This document shows positions 1 through 9,218 of a DNA stretch of 64,000 nucleotides, piece after piece (within the stretch, counting starts at the first letter, position 1; each line of letters begins with the position of its first letter). The position numbers and the translations under genes are program-made. The notes below the pieces were generated by a model. The model did not search any database. It was given only the letters and a program-made list of their open reading frames with translations, and was not told the origin of the DNA. Origin of the DNA: Spirochaetia bacterium (lineage in GTDB: Bacteria > Spirochaetota > Spirochaetia > UBA9216); contig OY776510.1 in the NCBI GenBank assembly GCA_963675665.1, positions 4,288,001 to 4,352,000 of the forward strand. The letters are read 5' to 3'.

Positions 1-363
1 GGGTGCAAAATCAATGGGTCCCTGCTCAAGTGGTCCGTGATATTCGGGAAGTTGGGTATTTTCATCTATAGAATAACGGAAAAACGGATCATCCAGCAGA
101 ATTTTTGTAAAACTGGCCAGATAGAACTGAAACTCATAACTGTAGTGGTTCCCTGGGTCCTTCAGACTTCGGGAATCCAGCTTATCATAACCGGCCGGGA
201 AATGCCCGTTTAATAGTTCCAGCAGAGCTTCAGGCGAACCTCCGGCTGCCTGGTATGCTGTTAGAATATTCATAACAGCAATTGCCGGGCAGGGAAAGAT
301 ATTTATCTTGTATTCACCGTCTGATCTGAATTGATTTTCTCTGCTCCATGGAGGATGAAGCAT
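1..363 (-). CDS. Partial CDS (N-terminal 121 codons, runs off the window start); unknown function
   Basis: ATG at 363-361, then an uninterrupted frame to base 1 (MLHPPWSRENQFRSDGEYKINIFPCPAIAVMNILTAYQAAGGSPEALLELLNGHF...LKDPGNHYSYEFQFYL...). Not in the ORF track because there is no stop in the window. Confidence 0.7.
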   Translation of the reverse strand, partial: MLHPPWSRENQFRSDGEYKINIFPCPAIAVMNILTAYQAAGGSPEALLELLNGHFPAGYDKLDSRSLKDPGNHYSYEFQFYLASFTKILLDDPFFRYSIDENTQLPEYHGPLEQGPIDFAP

Positions 364-394
364 AATTCTTCCGCGCAAATCCACTCCGGGCCAG

Positions 395-1216
395 TCAGAC
401 AATCAGGTCCTCCATAAAATTTTCGAGCTCGGCCGAATAGCCTGTATCTATAGCCCAGTCAGGTATATGATCGCATGCGTCCAAAATCATAAGATGCTCT
501 CCAAGCAGCTCTTTTATCCTTGCAGTCTGCACATATTTAATGTTTACAATCCTGTCTTCAGCGCCGAAAACGACACGTAGAGGAACCTTCAGTGATTGAT
601 AAATTGCATGCTCGCTCGGGAAACCGTTTTTATTGATATTTTGAAAAAGCAGGCTCCTTGCGCGCCCATCTGTATTTTTAATATTTTCAGAAAATAATGC
701 CTTTATTTCAGACCTTGAAGTAAGGGCATCTGTCCATATTGCGACCTGCTTATCAGACAGGGTTTCTGAAAAAAAGGAAGTATTATCCGGCATAGGTAAA
801 AATGCTTCGGGAAAATCCGCCAGACCTGAGATTGGCGGCGCGCCAATAACAAACAATCCTTTCAAAACGGAACCCAGCCGCGCTGCCGAACCAACGGCGA
901 TGTGCCCCCCCAGCGATACGCCAAGTAATATGACTTCATCAATACTCAAAACCTCAAGCAGACCTTTCAGATGTGAAAAATAACCCTCATGAGAATAGAG
1001 CCCTTCAGGGTTCGCCGGAACTGCCGAATCTCCATGGCCTGGCAGATCATAAGCCAGGAACCCGTATTTTTTAAACTTTTCATTCTTTAAAAGCGGTGTA
1101 AAAATTTCCCTGGATAGAGAATTGCCGTGAATACAAACTATTACCGGATTATCTCCCCGCCGATAAATCACAGACGTAGAGTTTCCGTTCACTGAAATTG
1201 TTTTTTTTATATTCAT
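395..1216 (-). CDS. Alpha/beta fold hydrolase
   Basis: HG oxyanion motif (IHGNS), DLPGHG, nucleophile elbow GVSLGG, C-terminal D and H. Start set at MNIKK by analogy to the paralog. Confidence 0.9.
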   Translation of the reverse strand: MNIKKTISVNGNSTSVIYRRGDNPVIVCIHGNSLSREIFTPLLKNEKFKKYGFLAYDLPGHGDSAVPANPEGLYSHEGYFSHLKGLLEVLSIDEVILLGVSLGGHIAVGSAARLGSVLKGLFVIGAPPISGLADFPEAFLPMPDNTSFFSETLSDKQVAIWTDALTSRSEIKALFSENIKNTDGRARSLLFQNINKNGFPSEHAIYQSLKVPLRVVFGAEDRIVNIKYVQTARIKELLGEHLMILDACDHIPDWAIDTGYSAELENFMEDLIV

Positions 1217-1309
1217 TCTGCTGCCTAATTCTAGTAGGTACATTATATAGCGGAATCAGGCATGGGCATAGGAGAAAATTCTGAATATCTGAATCCTGAT
1301 GATGGATAT

Positions 1310-2134
1310 TCAGGAAACAAGACTCTCCATGAAGCTGGAAAATTCTTTCAAAAAACTATCCTCTCCTGTAAACGACGGTAAATGCTGCGCATTTTTTATT
1401 ATCCTGAGGCGATCTCCAAGTAATCCTGCGATTCTGTTATTCTCCAGGTAAGTCAAATTTACCATGCGATCATTTTCTCCATAAACAAAAAGAAACGGGA
1501 TATCGGTAGCTTTCAAAAAATCATGTTCATTGTGACCATCACCCGCAATAATAGCCGGAAAAAAATATTTACGTGAATCGGAATCAGAGGTCATTACAGC
1601 ATCAGAAAGAACAGGTTTAATTGCATCATCACTGGAGATGTAATCAACAATTAATGCTCTTTCATTATCTGAGATCTGCTCTTTAAAAAGAGAGGCGCCT
1701 TCCGCGAGGGGAAGAAATGCCGATCCAAAATCTTCAAAACTTCTTACCGGCGGTGTGCCAATTGTGCATATGCCCTTTACAGCATTCCCAAGGTTCTGCC
1801 CTGCAGCTTCCATGGCGAGATGGCCGCCCATTGAAAAACCAAGAAGAACCATTTCATCAATTCCGAGACTATCAACAATTGTTTCGATATGCTTTGCATA
1901 CCCTGACATTGAATAAGTTTCATCCGGTGCAGCAGGACGGGCCGAACCGCCGTGACCGGGCAGGTCAAAAACCATCATCCCATATCTTTTCAGCCCTTCA
2001 CATTCAAACAGCGGCGTAAAAATTTCCTTTGATAAAGAATTTCCATGAATACAGACTATCACGGGACTGTCTCCCTTACGGTATCTTACAGACGTGGAAA
2101 TTCCGTTTATTGAAATTGTTTCTTTGATATTCAT
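1310..2134 (-). CDS. Alpha/beta fold hydrolase (tandem paralog)
   Basis: IHGNS, DLPGHG, GFSMGG, GENDRMV, AQHLP. Confidence 0.9.
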   Translation of the reverse strand: MNIKETISINGISTSVRYRKGDSPVIVCIHGNSLSKEIFTPLFECEGLKRYGMMVFDLPGHGGSARPAAPDETYSMSGYAKHIETIVDSLGIDEMVLLGFSMGGHLAMEAAGQNLGNAVKGICTIGTPPVRSFEDFGSAFLPLAEGASLFKEQISDNERALIVDYISSDDAIKPVLSDAVMTSDSDSRKYFFPAIIAGDGHNEHDFLKATDIPFLFVYGENDRMVNLTYLENNRIAGLLGDRLRIIKNAQHLPSFTGEDSFLKEFSSFMESLVS

Positions 2135-2238
2135 TTTTTCCTGCTTATAAATTTTAGTACAGATCAGTATATAACCAGGTCATTAATGAATAAAGAGGAT
2201 AAAAGAAAAAGCGTGTTTATAATTTATAGAAATGTCTT

Positions 2239-2973
2239 TTATTTCAGCAGCCCGTATAGCCTGCGTTCCAGACTGACAAAATCGTCGCTGTACTCATCCC
2301 TTCGGCCTGAAATACGCTCGATATCTATATCCATAAAAACTGCTTCATCATTTTTTAATATAATAAGCCTGTCGGCAATATAAACCGCTTCGGTAATATC
2401 ATGGGTGACAAACAGCATGGAAGTGTCCAACCCCCTGTTCAATTCAACCAGCAGATCCTGAAGAGAGCGCCTTGTCGGGGCGTCAAGCGCGGTAAAAGGT
2501 TCATCAAGAAGCAGAATGTCCGGCCTGGTTGACAACGCCCTGGCTATTACTGCCCGCTGTTTCATTCCCCCTGAAAGCTGGGATGGAAATAAATCCGCAT
2601 CATCAGACAAACCAACCAGTTCCAGTAGATTCTCCGTCTGAATACTGATGTCTTCCACATTACTATTTCTATATTTCAACGGGAATTTAACATTAGCTGA
2701 AGTAGTCAGCCAGGGAAAAAGCTGATCTGAATTCTGAAAAACCATAATCCGGTTCTTTCCGGGACCGGAAACAACTCCATACTTGTCTTCTATTATCCCT
2801 GAGCCGGGAAAAATGAATCCGCCCGCCAGATTTAAAAGAGTGCTCTTTCCGCAGCCTGAGGGGCCAATCACACAGACAATCTCGCCGTGTTGCAGGCTTG
2901 CAGAAAAGTTATTCAGCACCGGCTGATAACCAGGATACGCAAAAGATACGTTGTTAAAGCTGAGTACGTTCAT
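2239..2973 (-). CDS. NitT/TauT-family ABC transporter ATP-binding protein
   Basis: Walker A GPSGCGKS, signature LSGGMKQR, Walker B LLLDEPF, H-loop VTHD. Confidence 0.95.
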   Translation of the reverse strand: MNVLSFNNVSFAYPGYQPVLNNFSASLQHGEIVCVIGPSGCGKSTLLNLAGGFIFPGSGIIEDKYGVVSGPGKNRIMVFQNSDQLFPWLTTSANVKFPLKYRNSNVEDISIQTENLLELVGLSDDADLFPSQLSGGMKQRAVIARALSTRPDILLLDEPFTALDAPTRRSLQDLLVELNRGLDTSMLFVTHDITEAVYIADRLIILKNDEAVFMDIDIERISGRRDEYSDDFVSLERRLYGLLK

Positions 2974-3761
2974 CCTTCACCCCACCTTCCAAGCGTTGAA
3001 AACTCCACAAGGTAAAAAAGACCGCTTTCAACTGCAAGCCCGATTAAAGCAAGCATAAGAATTCCTGCATACATCCCTTCGGTATCCATGAAAATACGCT
3101 TCTCAAACACAAACCAGCCCAGACCGCCCCCGCTGCCTGTGATGCCGAAGATCATTTCCGCGCTGACGGCAGCCCGCCATGCCCGTGCCCATGCCGTTTT
3201 CAGACCGGAAAATATATGTGCGAATGACGCCGGAACCATTATTCGAAAAAAGAAGGCGACCGTACTCAACCCGTAATTGGCCCCGATTTTGCGATAGACT
3301 GCCGGAACTGAATCAAATCCGGCTGATATATTAACAACAAGCGGCCAGAGCACGGAATGAAGAATAACCATAAGCAGGGTGTTGCCGCCTATGCCGAAAA
3401 TCAGAATAAAAACGGGAAGCACCGCGATTCCGGGCAGAGGATGAAAAACTGCGGTGAGCATTGAAGCAAGGCGGCGCACAGCAGTAAGTTGAAACGAAGC
3501 AGCCGAAAGACCGAAAGCAATCGCCGCCCCCATAATAATCCCGGCGCAGACAAATCCCAGGGACACAAGGGTTCCTGTCAGCAGTTCACCGGAAACAAGC
3601 TCGGCTCCGAAGGTCTTTACAACGGAAGAGAAAGGAGGAAGAATCAGTTTTGACACAAGTCCGCTGCGGGCGGTTATTTCCCAAATTACTATAAAAAGGA
3701 CAAACCAGAGTACCGTGCCTCCGGGATTATCGTGCTTCAGCTTGCGCAGGGGCTTAATCAT
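2970..3761 (-). CDS. NitT/TauT-family ABC transporter permease
   Basis: About 6 hydrophobic helices, LPPFSSV, PLPGIAVLP, SAEM motif; start (3761 or 3773) overlaps the SBP stop. Confidence 0.9.
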   Translation of the reverse strand: MIKPLRKLKHDNPGGTVLWFVLFIVIWEITARSGLVSKLILPPFSSVVKTFGAELVSGELLTGTLVSLGFVCAGIIMGAAIAFGLSAASFQLTAVRRLASMLTAVFHPLPGIAVLPVFILIFGIGGNTLLMVILHSVLWPLVVNISAGFDSVPAVYRKIGANYGLSTVAFFFRIMVPASFAHIFSGLKTAWARAWRAAVSAEMIFGITGSGGGLGWFVFEKRIFMDTEGMYAGILMLALIGLAVESGLFYLVEFSTLGRWGEG

Positions 3762-4704
3762 TATAGAGAACATCTCCCGGGTTGATTTTTTCCGAAAGAT
3801 ATCCGTTTTCATGCATAAACAAAATAAAATTCTCAAGCCCGTAGAGTTCGGTAGTATATTTCATGTCTTCGCGGGTAATATACTGAAAGACCTGCTTTTC
3901 CGGCAGGTTGTAAATTCCGGCAAGTATTTCGGCTGATTCCTCCGGGTTTGTATTTATAAAATCAACGGACTGTCCAAGCGCCTTCAGAAAGCTTTTAAGC
4001 AAGCCCGGGTTTTCCTCAATAAACTTACCGTCCGCCATTGCCCCTATAAAAGAAAATTCACCGCCGAAAGCATCAAACCCGGATAAAATCGTTTTAAATC
4101 GGCTGCCGTCCGCTGCTTCGGTATCATTTTCCATAAAAATATAAGGAGGCGAAGTAAAATGCGCATCAACTGCTCCCGAGACCAGGGCTGTCATCCCGTC
4201 CGGGTGCTTCATAGTCACAAGGGCCTTGTCAAACCGGGCGGCATCGCCATACTTTCGTTCAGAAGCCATCGACAGTAATATATGCTGAATGCTTCCCGGC
4301 TGCGGCAGTGCAATACGGTGCCGGGGGGTCAGACTACTGAAGTCGGGGATGGCCTCTCCAGCAACAAGTCCTACCGGACAGACGCTTAACCCCGAAACAA
4401 GCTTCCAGTTCATGCCCTTGTCAGCGCCTATCAGAAACGGAGGAAGCCCCATAAATCCGAGATCAACCTCGCCGGCAAGCACAGCCTCACGGATAGCGGC
4501 GGTATTACCCAGCTTGACCCAATTAACTTCAATTTCCGGTTCCAGCTTCTCAAAAAAACCCTGAGAACGCATAATCTGCAGCGGAGCATAAGCCAGTCCG
4601 TATTGTTCGGCGATCGTTACCTTCCCGACGCCGCTGCATGAGAAAAATAATATCTGCAGAACCGATAAAAGTACGATTGAAAGCGTCCGGCCGATTGATT
4701 TCAT
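3754..4704 (-). CDS. NitT/TauT/NMT1-like ABC substrate-binding lipoprotein
   Basis: Lipobox-like FFSC, QYGLAYAPL, ALPQPGSIQH; operon with permease and ATPase. Confidence 0.85.
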   Translation of the reverse strand: MKSIGRTLSIVLLSVLQILFFSCSGVGKVTIAEQYGLAYAPLQIMRSQGFFEKLEPEIEVNWVKLGNTAAIREAVLAGEVDLGFMGLPPFLIGADKGMNWKLVSGLSVCPVGLVAGEAIPDFSSLTPRHRIALPQPGSIQHILLSMASERKYGDAARFDKALVTMKHPDGMTALVSGAVDAHFTSPPYIFMENDTEAADGSRFKTILSGFDAFGGEFSFIGAMADGKFIEENPGLLKSFLKALGQSVDFINTNPEESAEILAGIYNLPEKQVFQYITREDMKYTTELYGLENFILFMHENGYLSEKINPGDVLYND

Positions 4705-5984
4705 CTGTTGCCTCCGAAAAGCATTTTATCATAAAACTGTATCATGTTCCCGCCGTTTTCATCTTCAATTCTCAATTGCGAATATGCCTGTCCCACAATC
4801 GAATCAGCTTCATCGCCGCTTTCGCAGCAGACGATAAAATATCCCGCCCGCTGCGTTGAGTTCAGCCGATTGCGGATAATCGTTCCGGGCTTCAGCAGAA
4901 AAGCACCGCCGATTACGCCCCGCATATTTAAAACCTCGTCCATCCCGGATTGCGATACAATTTCACCCTCATTGCAGAAAAACATCTGAAGTGATACAAC
5001 ACCTTGCTGTCGCAGTCCATTAAAAACTGAGGGGTCATAATTCCGGCGGCAACTCATTTTGATCATAACGTCAAGAATATCTTTGCCGGTAATATAAGGG
5101 ATAAATTCATCCTCATAAGCCCCGCCGAGCCGGCAGGCGGTTTCGTTAACTATTATCCGACCCTGTTCACCTGAACTGCTGTCCCGCCCCACAAGGTACT
5201 GGAAATATACCGGCCCTTCCCTCAATCCGAACGCTTCAATTATCCGTTCGGTTAACAGGCGGATCTCATCCAGTCTCCCGAAGTATTTCGACGGGTAATG
5301 ATGGGCAATGCACACCCCTATTCCGGGCGGATTATCAACAGTAACCCTGTCGGTTACCGTAAGAATATGGAGTTTCCCGTTTACAAGCCAGCCGCTGAGG
5401 GTAATCTCGTCGGAAGGGTAATATTCCTCAACAAGGATTTCATCGCAGCGGCTGAAGCCGAGCACCTCGTCGATACGGCAGCGCAATTCGTCCTCCGTTT
5501 CAAGTCGGAAAACCCCGCGCTGTCCCTGAGAATCAAGGGGTTTGCTTACCACAGGGAAATGCAGGCCCGAAATGTCTGCGTCTTTAAAGCCGCGTCTTAC
5601 AATACGATAAGGCGCCACCGGTATTCCTGCAGCCGTCAGTCTTGATTTCATTGCTTTCTTGTTTGTAACAAGCAGGGCGCGGGACTCATCAAGAAAATAC
5701 GGAATACCCAGGCCCGCAGCAGTCCGGGCTGCAGTCAGTACCGGCTGATCGGTACCGGTTACAAGCAGCGCGTCTATGCGTTTGCCCGTTTCGGCCTGGA
5801 AACGCCGGGCGGCGGATTCTGTTTCTGCAGCGTCAAAAGTCGAAGCCTTTGCGGTAAAATCAGCCTCAAGGCAGCCGGGAGCTCCGGGGTTCATATCAGT
5901 TACAAATGTAGTTATACCCATGCTGCGGCATCTTCTGACTACCGACAGCTGCCCCGGGCCGCCGCCGAGAATGTGGAGAATCAA
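4701..5984 (-). CDS. ATP-grasp domain ligase
   Basis: ILGGG N-terminus, NKKAMK, FPVVSKPLDSQGQRGV, VEEY, NETACRLGG; TTG start overlaps the GT2 stop (TTGA) with GGGAGG upstream. Confidence 0.85.
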   Translation of the reverse strand: MILHILGGGPGQLSVVRRCRSMGITTFVTDMNPGAPGCLEADFTAKASTFDAAETESAARRFQAETGKRIDALLVTGTDQPVLTAARTAAGLGIPYFLDESRALLVTNKKAMKSRLTAAGIPVAPYRIVRRGFKDADISGLHFPVVSKPLDSQGQRGVFRLETEDELRCRIDEVLGFSRCDEILVEEYYPSDEITLSGWLVNGKLHILTVTDRVTVDNPPGIGVCIAHHYPSKYFGRLDEIRLLTERIIEAFGLREGPVYFQYLVGRDSSSGEQGRIIVNETACRLGGAYEDEFIPYITGKDILDVMIKMSCRRNYDPSVFNGLRQQGVVSLQMFFCNEGEIVSQSGMDEVLNMRGVIGGAFLLKPGTIIRNRLNSTQRAGYFIVCCESGDEADSIVGQAYSQLRIEDENGGNMIQFYDKMLFGGNR

Positions 5985-6754
5985 AGGCAGCCTCCCTTTT
6001 CGGCAACCCGGTACTGTTCTCCGGCTTTTCTGCTGCCGAAGGGACCGTACCACCATATCAGCTTCAGATAAAGCCTTACGCGGGCTGCCGGAGAATACCT
6101 GCCCGAACCGTGAGGTCCCGCCCGTTGCGACGGACTTTCCAATTGCTTTGCTTTATACTCAATACTTGTTGCAGTGAAACCGTTTCTGAACAGCTCGGCG
6201 GAAATATAAACAAAGGGCTGAACAGCCGCACAGACAACCTCTACTGCCCCGCGGCTTATAACCCTGTAGCTTCCGATTCGGAGTCCGGCGGGTTTTCCCA
6301 TAAAAACCGTAAAAAACTGGTCCCGCATCCTGCCGCCGGCCCTGCGGCGGACGCTTCTTCCTGGTACCGCATAGACTGCGCCGGTACCGGCGGCGGAAGC
6401 CCTGAGGCGCTCCACCATAAAGGGTATCATTTCCGGCGGGTGCTGAAGATCATCGTCAATGGTAACTACCGATTCGCCGCGGCTGTGTCTTAATCCGCAG
6501 AGAACGGCAAGCTGCTGGCCGTAATTCCGTTCAAGGCTGATGTATCCTGTGAAAAACCTTTCCCTGTACTTTTCCTTACAGAACTGCCTGATCAAATCAA
6601 GACTGCCGTCGGAACTTCCGTCATCAACAAAAAGAAGTTCCGTATCTTCATCAAGTTTGCCTGTAACTTTAAGCAGCCTTTCGAATAAAGCCTTTAAATT
6701 TGATTCGCCGTTAAAAACAGGGACAATTATACTAAGCACCGGCGGCCTCAACAA
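5981..6754 (-). CDS. GT2 glycosyltransferase, polyprenyl-phosphate (ArnC/GtrB/DPM1-like) type
   Basis: SIIVPVFN, VDDGSSDGS, RNYGQQ, DDDLQHPP; start may be GTG at 6739. Confidence 0.9.
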   Translation of the reverse strand: MLRPPVLSIIVPVFNGESNLKALFERLLKVTGKLDEDTELLFVDDGSSDGSLDLIRQFCKEKYRERFFTGYISLERNYGQQLAVLCGLRHSRGESVVTIDDDLQHPPEMIPFMVERLRASAAGTGAVYAVPGRSVRRRAGGRMRDQFFTVFMGKPAGLRIGSYRVISRGAVEVVCAAVQPFVYISAELFRNGFTATSIEYKAKQLESPSQRAGPHGSGRYSPAARVRLYLKLIWWYGPFGSRKAGEQYRVAEKGGCL

Positions 6755-7100
6755 TAAATGGCAACAGGAAACCGGCAGTAATCAGAATCACGCCGATTAC
6801 CTGAAAAAGATTAATCCTTTCATTAAGGAGAAAGCGGGCTGAAATAAAAACCAGTATATAATTCAGACTGTTAAATGCGAATGCTTCGGATAACTGGATC
6901 TCAGAGAGTGCATTAATATATAACAGTGGCGCCGCCGCCATGCATATTCCGGCGCCGACAATCCCCGGGCACAGCAGAGATTTGATAAAAGCGGGGAATC
7001 CTTTGCCTGTAACCACCGCGCCGGCATTTCTTTTCATCAGGATCTGTCCGGCTGTTACAAGTACCGGCATCAGAAAAAGCATGAAATAGCTGCTAAGCAT
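6732..7100 (-). CDS. Small 4-TM SMR/EamA-like membrane protein (ArnE/ArnF flippase-like)
   Basis: GQILMK, LSEAFAF, LLNERI motifs; about 120 aa, hydrophobic. Confidence 0.75.
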   Translation of the reverse strand: MLSSYFMLFLMPVLVTAGQILMKRNAGAVVTGKGFPAFIKSLLCPGIVGAGICMAAAPLLYINALSEIQLSEAFAFNSLNYILVFISARFLLNERINLFQVIGVILITAGFLLPFIVEAAGA

Positions 7101-7443
7101 TTTTCGAAGCTCCCGCTGCCGTAAAAATAATTCCTGCAAAAATCAGTAATGCACCGGCAAAGCGTGCCCAGCCGGGTTTTTCATCAAAAATCAGCATCGA
7201 CAACGGCAGAATCAGCAGGTAAACGGCTCCTGTAAACGGGTACGCCGCTGAAAGTGATAATCTGCGCAGGACAAGCATCCAGATGAAAGCCCGAAGAATC
7301 AGGCAGCAATAACTTATAAATGTAAAGATATTAATAAAACCGCCGGTCCTGCCTGAAAACCCCGCAGCGGTCTGCCCTCCCAACTGCAGCAGCAGAAACA
7401 TAACCAGAAGGGGCACGGGATTATCAAATCTTATCCTGTTCAT
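7093..7443 (-). CDS. Small 4-TM SMR/EamA-like membrane protein (ArnE/ArnF flippase-like)
   Basis: W..VLRRLSLSAAYP and IFDEKP motifs typical of ArnE/F-like proteins; 116 aa. Confidence 0.75.
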   Translation of the reverse strand: MNRIRFDNPVPLLVMFLLLQLGGQTAAGFSGRTGGFINIFTFISYCCLILRAFIWMLVLRRLSLSAAYPFTGAVYLLILPLSMLIFDEKPGWARFAGALLIFAGIIFTAAGASKNA

Positions 7444-7498
7444 CAGAATGGATTATATATTAACACTGGCTCAAGTTGCAATTTCCTTGGCAAATCTA

Positions 7499-7527
7499 TT
7501 GACTTTTTTTTTGTGTTTAAGTATAAA
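7499..7527 (+). promoter_or_regulatory. sigma70 promoter of tRNA-Phe
   Basis: TTGACT-N17-TATAAA, 10 nt upstream of the tRNA. Confidence 0.75.
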
Positions 7528-7537
7528 TACATCCAAT

Positions 7538-7610
<73 letters not shown>

Positions 7611-7615
7611 CAGCT

Positions 7616-7651
7616 GACCATTTCAAGCAAGCTTGAAATGGTCTTTTTTTT
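7616..7651 (+). terminator. Rho-independent terminator after tRNA-Phe
   Basis: GACCATTTCAAG-CAAG-CTTGAAATGGTC followed by T8. Confidence 0.9.
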
Positions 7652-7684
7652 GGGATTAATCATCAATTGATAATTTTTTCAATT

Positions 7685-8458
7685 TCACCCTAGCAGCCGG
7701 TAAAGTCTCTTTTCAATCTCAATCGATGTTTCCGATTCAAGGGTCCGGCCGGAGTGCGGGTCATTGTTGGTAATATGTTCGAGTATTTCAGCAGGTTTGC
7801 CGGGCGAGAGCACGAAAATTTCATCGCCGAGAAGAATTGCCTCATTTATATCATGAGTGACAAATACGGAGGTTCTGCGGTCTTCAACCCAAAGCTTCGT
7901 GAACAACTCTGTTAAATTTATTTTCAGACCCAGATCAAGCGCCTGAAAGGGTTCATCCATCAGGATGGTATCTGCCGGATAGGCAAAGGCGCGGGCAATT
8001 GCCGCCCGCTGACGCATCCCCCCTGAAAGCTGGGCCGGATAATAATCCATAAACGAACCCAACCCTACAAGCGTCAGGTAATGTTCGGCTGTTTTGCGAC
8101 TATTGACGGCCCCCAAGTGCTTATTCAGTACAATCTCAATATTTCGCCGTACAGAACGCCAGGGAAGAAGACGGGGTTCCTGAAACAATACTGATATCCG
8201 TCCTTTATCGTTTTCCGAACGCCCGGCAGCATCAATATAACCGGAACCGGGTTCAAGCAGACCGCTGACAAGATTTAAAAGCGTTGTTTTTCCGCATCCT
8301 GACGGACCCAGAATTACGCTGACTTTGGCCGCAGGCATTTTCATGCTGAAAGCCCTGAACACCGGGTCCTTCGCTGTATCTGGATATGCAAAGCTGATAT
8401 TATCAAGTTTAATTCCGAAGGTTTCTGCATCGGATGCTTTTCTGTTATTTTCAGGCAT
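7685..8458 (-). CDS. NitT/TauT-family ABC transporter ATP-binding protein
   Basis: GPSGCGKT, FQEPRLLPW, LSGGMRQR, LMDEPF, VTHD. Confidence 0.95.
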   Translation of the reverse strand: MPENNRKASDAETFGIKLDNISFAYPDTAKDPVFRAFSMKMPAAKVSVILGPSGCGKTTLLNLVSGLLEPGSGYIDAAGRSENDKGRISVLFQEPRLLPWRSVRRNIEIVLNKHLGAVNSRKTAEHYLTLVGLGSFMDYYPAQLSGGMRQRAAIARAFAYPADTILMDEPFQALDLGLKINLTELFTKLWVEDRRTSVFVTHDINEAILLGDEIFVLSPGKPAEILEHITNNDPHSGRTLESETSIEIEKRLYRLLG

Positions 8459-9218
8459 CTGCGGGCTCCCACTTTCTTCTTTTTATTAATAAATCAAGCA
8501 GAAATTCCGACAACCAGCTTAGTATTACAGCAACCACTGTCCAGGCCATGACTTCAGCAGTCTCAAGGTTCATCTGGGAAAATTGAAGCCCGGTACCTAC
8601 TGCGCGTACCGGCTGACTGAGCACTTCCGCCGCAATTACTACCTTCCACCCCACCCCAATTGCGGAACGCAGCCCGCCAAGAATAAACGGCATAACCGAA
8701 GGAACTGTTATTTCCCTGAAGACCTCCGTCCTCGAAAGCCGGTAAGAAACACCGAGTTCAACAAGCTTTCGATCAACGCCCTTCACCCCCTGTTTGACAT
8801 TCGCGGTCAGAATCGGGAAAATCATAAGAACGCAGACAAAAACCGGAACAATATCCGTACTGAACCAGATCATTGCCAGCAGAATAATAGACATAACGGG
8901 AACGGTTCTCGTTATTGAAATAATCGGCGACAGCAACGCGTCAATTTTCGAACTGCTTCCGCAACCGATTCCGGCTGCAAAACCCAGAACAAAAGATATT
9001 ATAAGCCCGTAGGCAGTCCTTAAAACCGTAGCCCCGACCGCCAGCCAGAACCCGGAATCGATCATAATTGAAAGCAGCCGGAGAAAAACAGTCTCCGGCG
9101 CGGGCAGAATAATATCGGTTCCGATATGTATGGACACGAATTTCCAGATAAACAGAAATCCGGCAGCCGATAAAAATCCGATAATTCGTTTTTCAGTTTT
9201 CGAAGTAAAAACCTTCAT
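8451..9218 (-). CDS. NitT/TauT-family ABC transporter permease
   Basis: ILPAPETV, PVMSIILLA, WKVVIAAEVL; start at MKVFTS. Confidence 0.9.
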   Translation of the reverse strand: MKVFTSKTEKRIIGFLSAAGFLFIWKFVSIHIGTDIILPAPETVFLRLLSIMIDSGFWLAVGATVLRTAYGLIISFVLGFAAGIGCGSSSKIDALLSPIISITRTVPVMSIILLAMIWFSTDIVPVFVCVLMIFPILTANVKQGVKGVDRKLVELGVSYRLSRTEVFREITVPSVMPFILGGLRSAIGVGWKVVIAAEVLSQPVRAVGTGLQFSQMNLETAEVMAWTVVAVILSWLSEFLLDLLIKRRKWEPADA

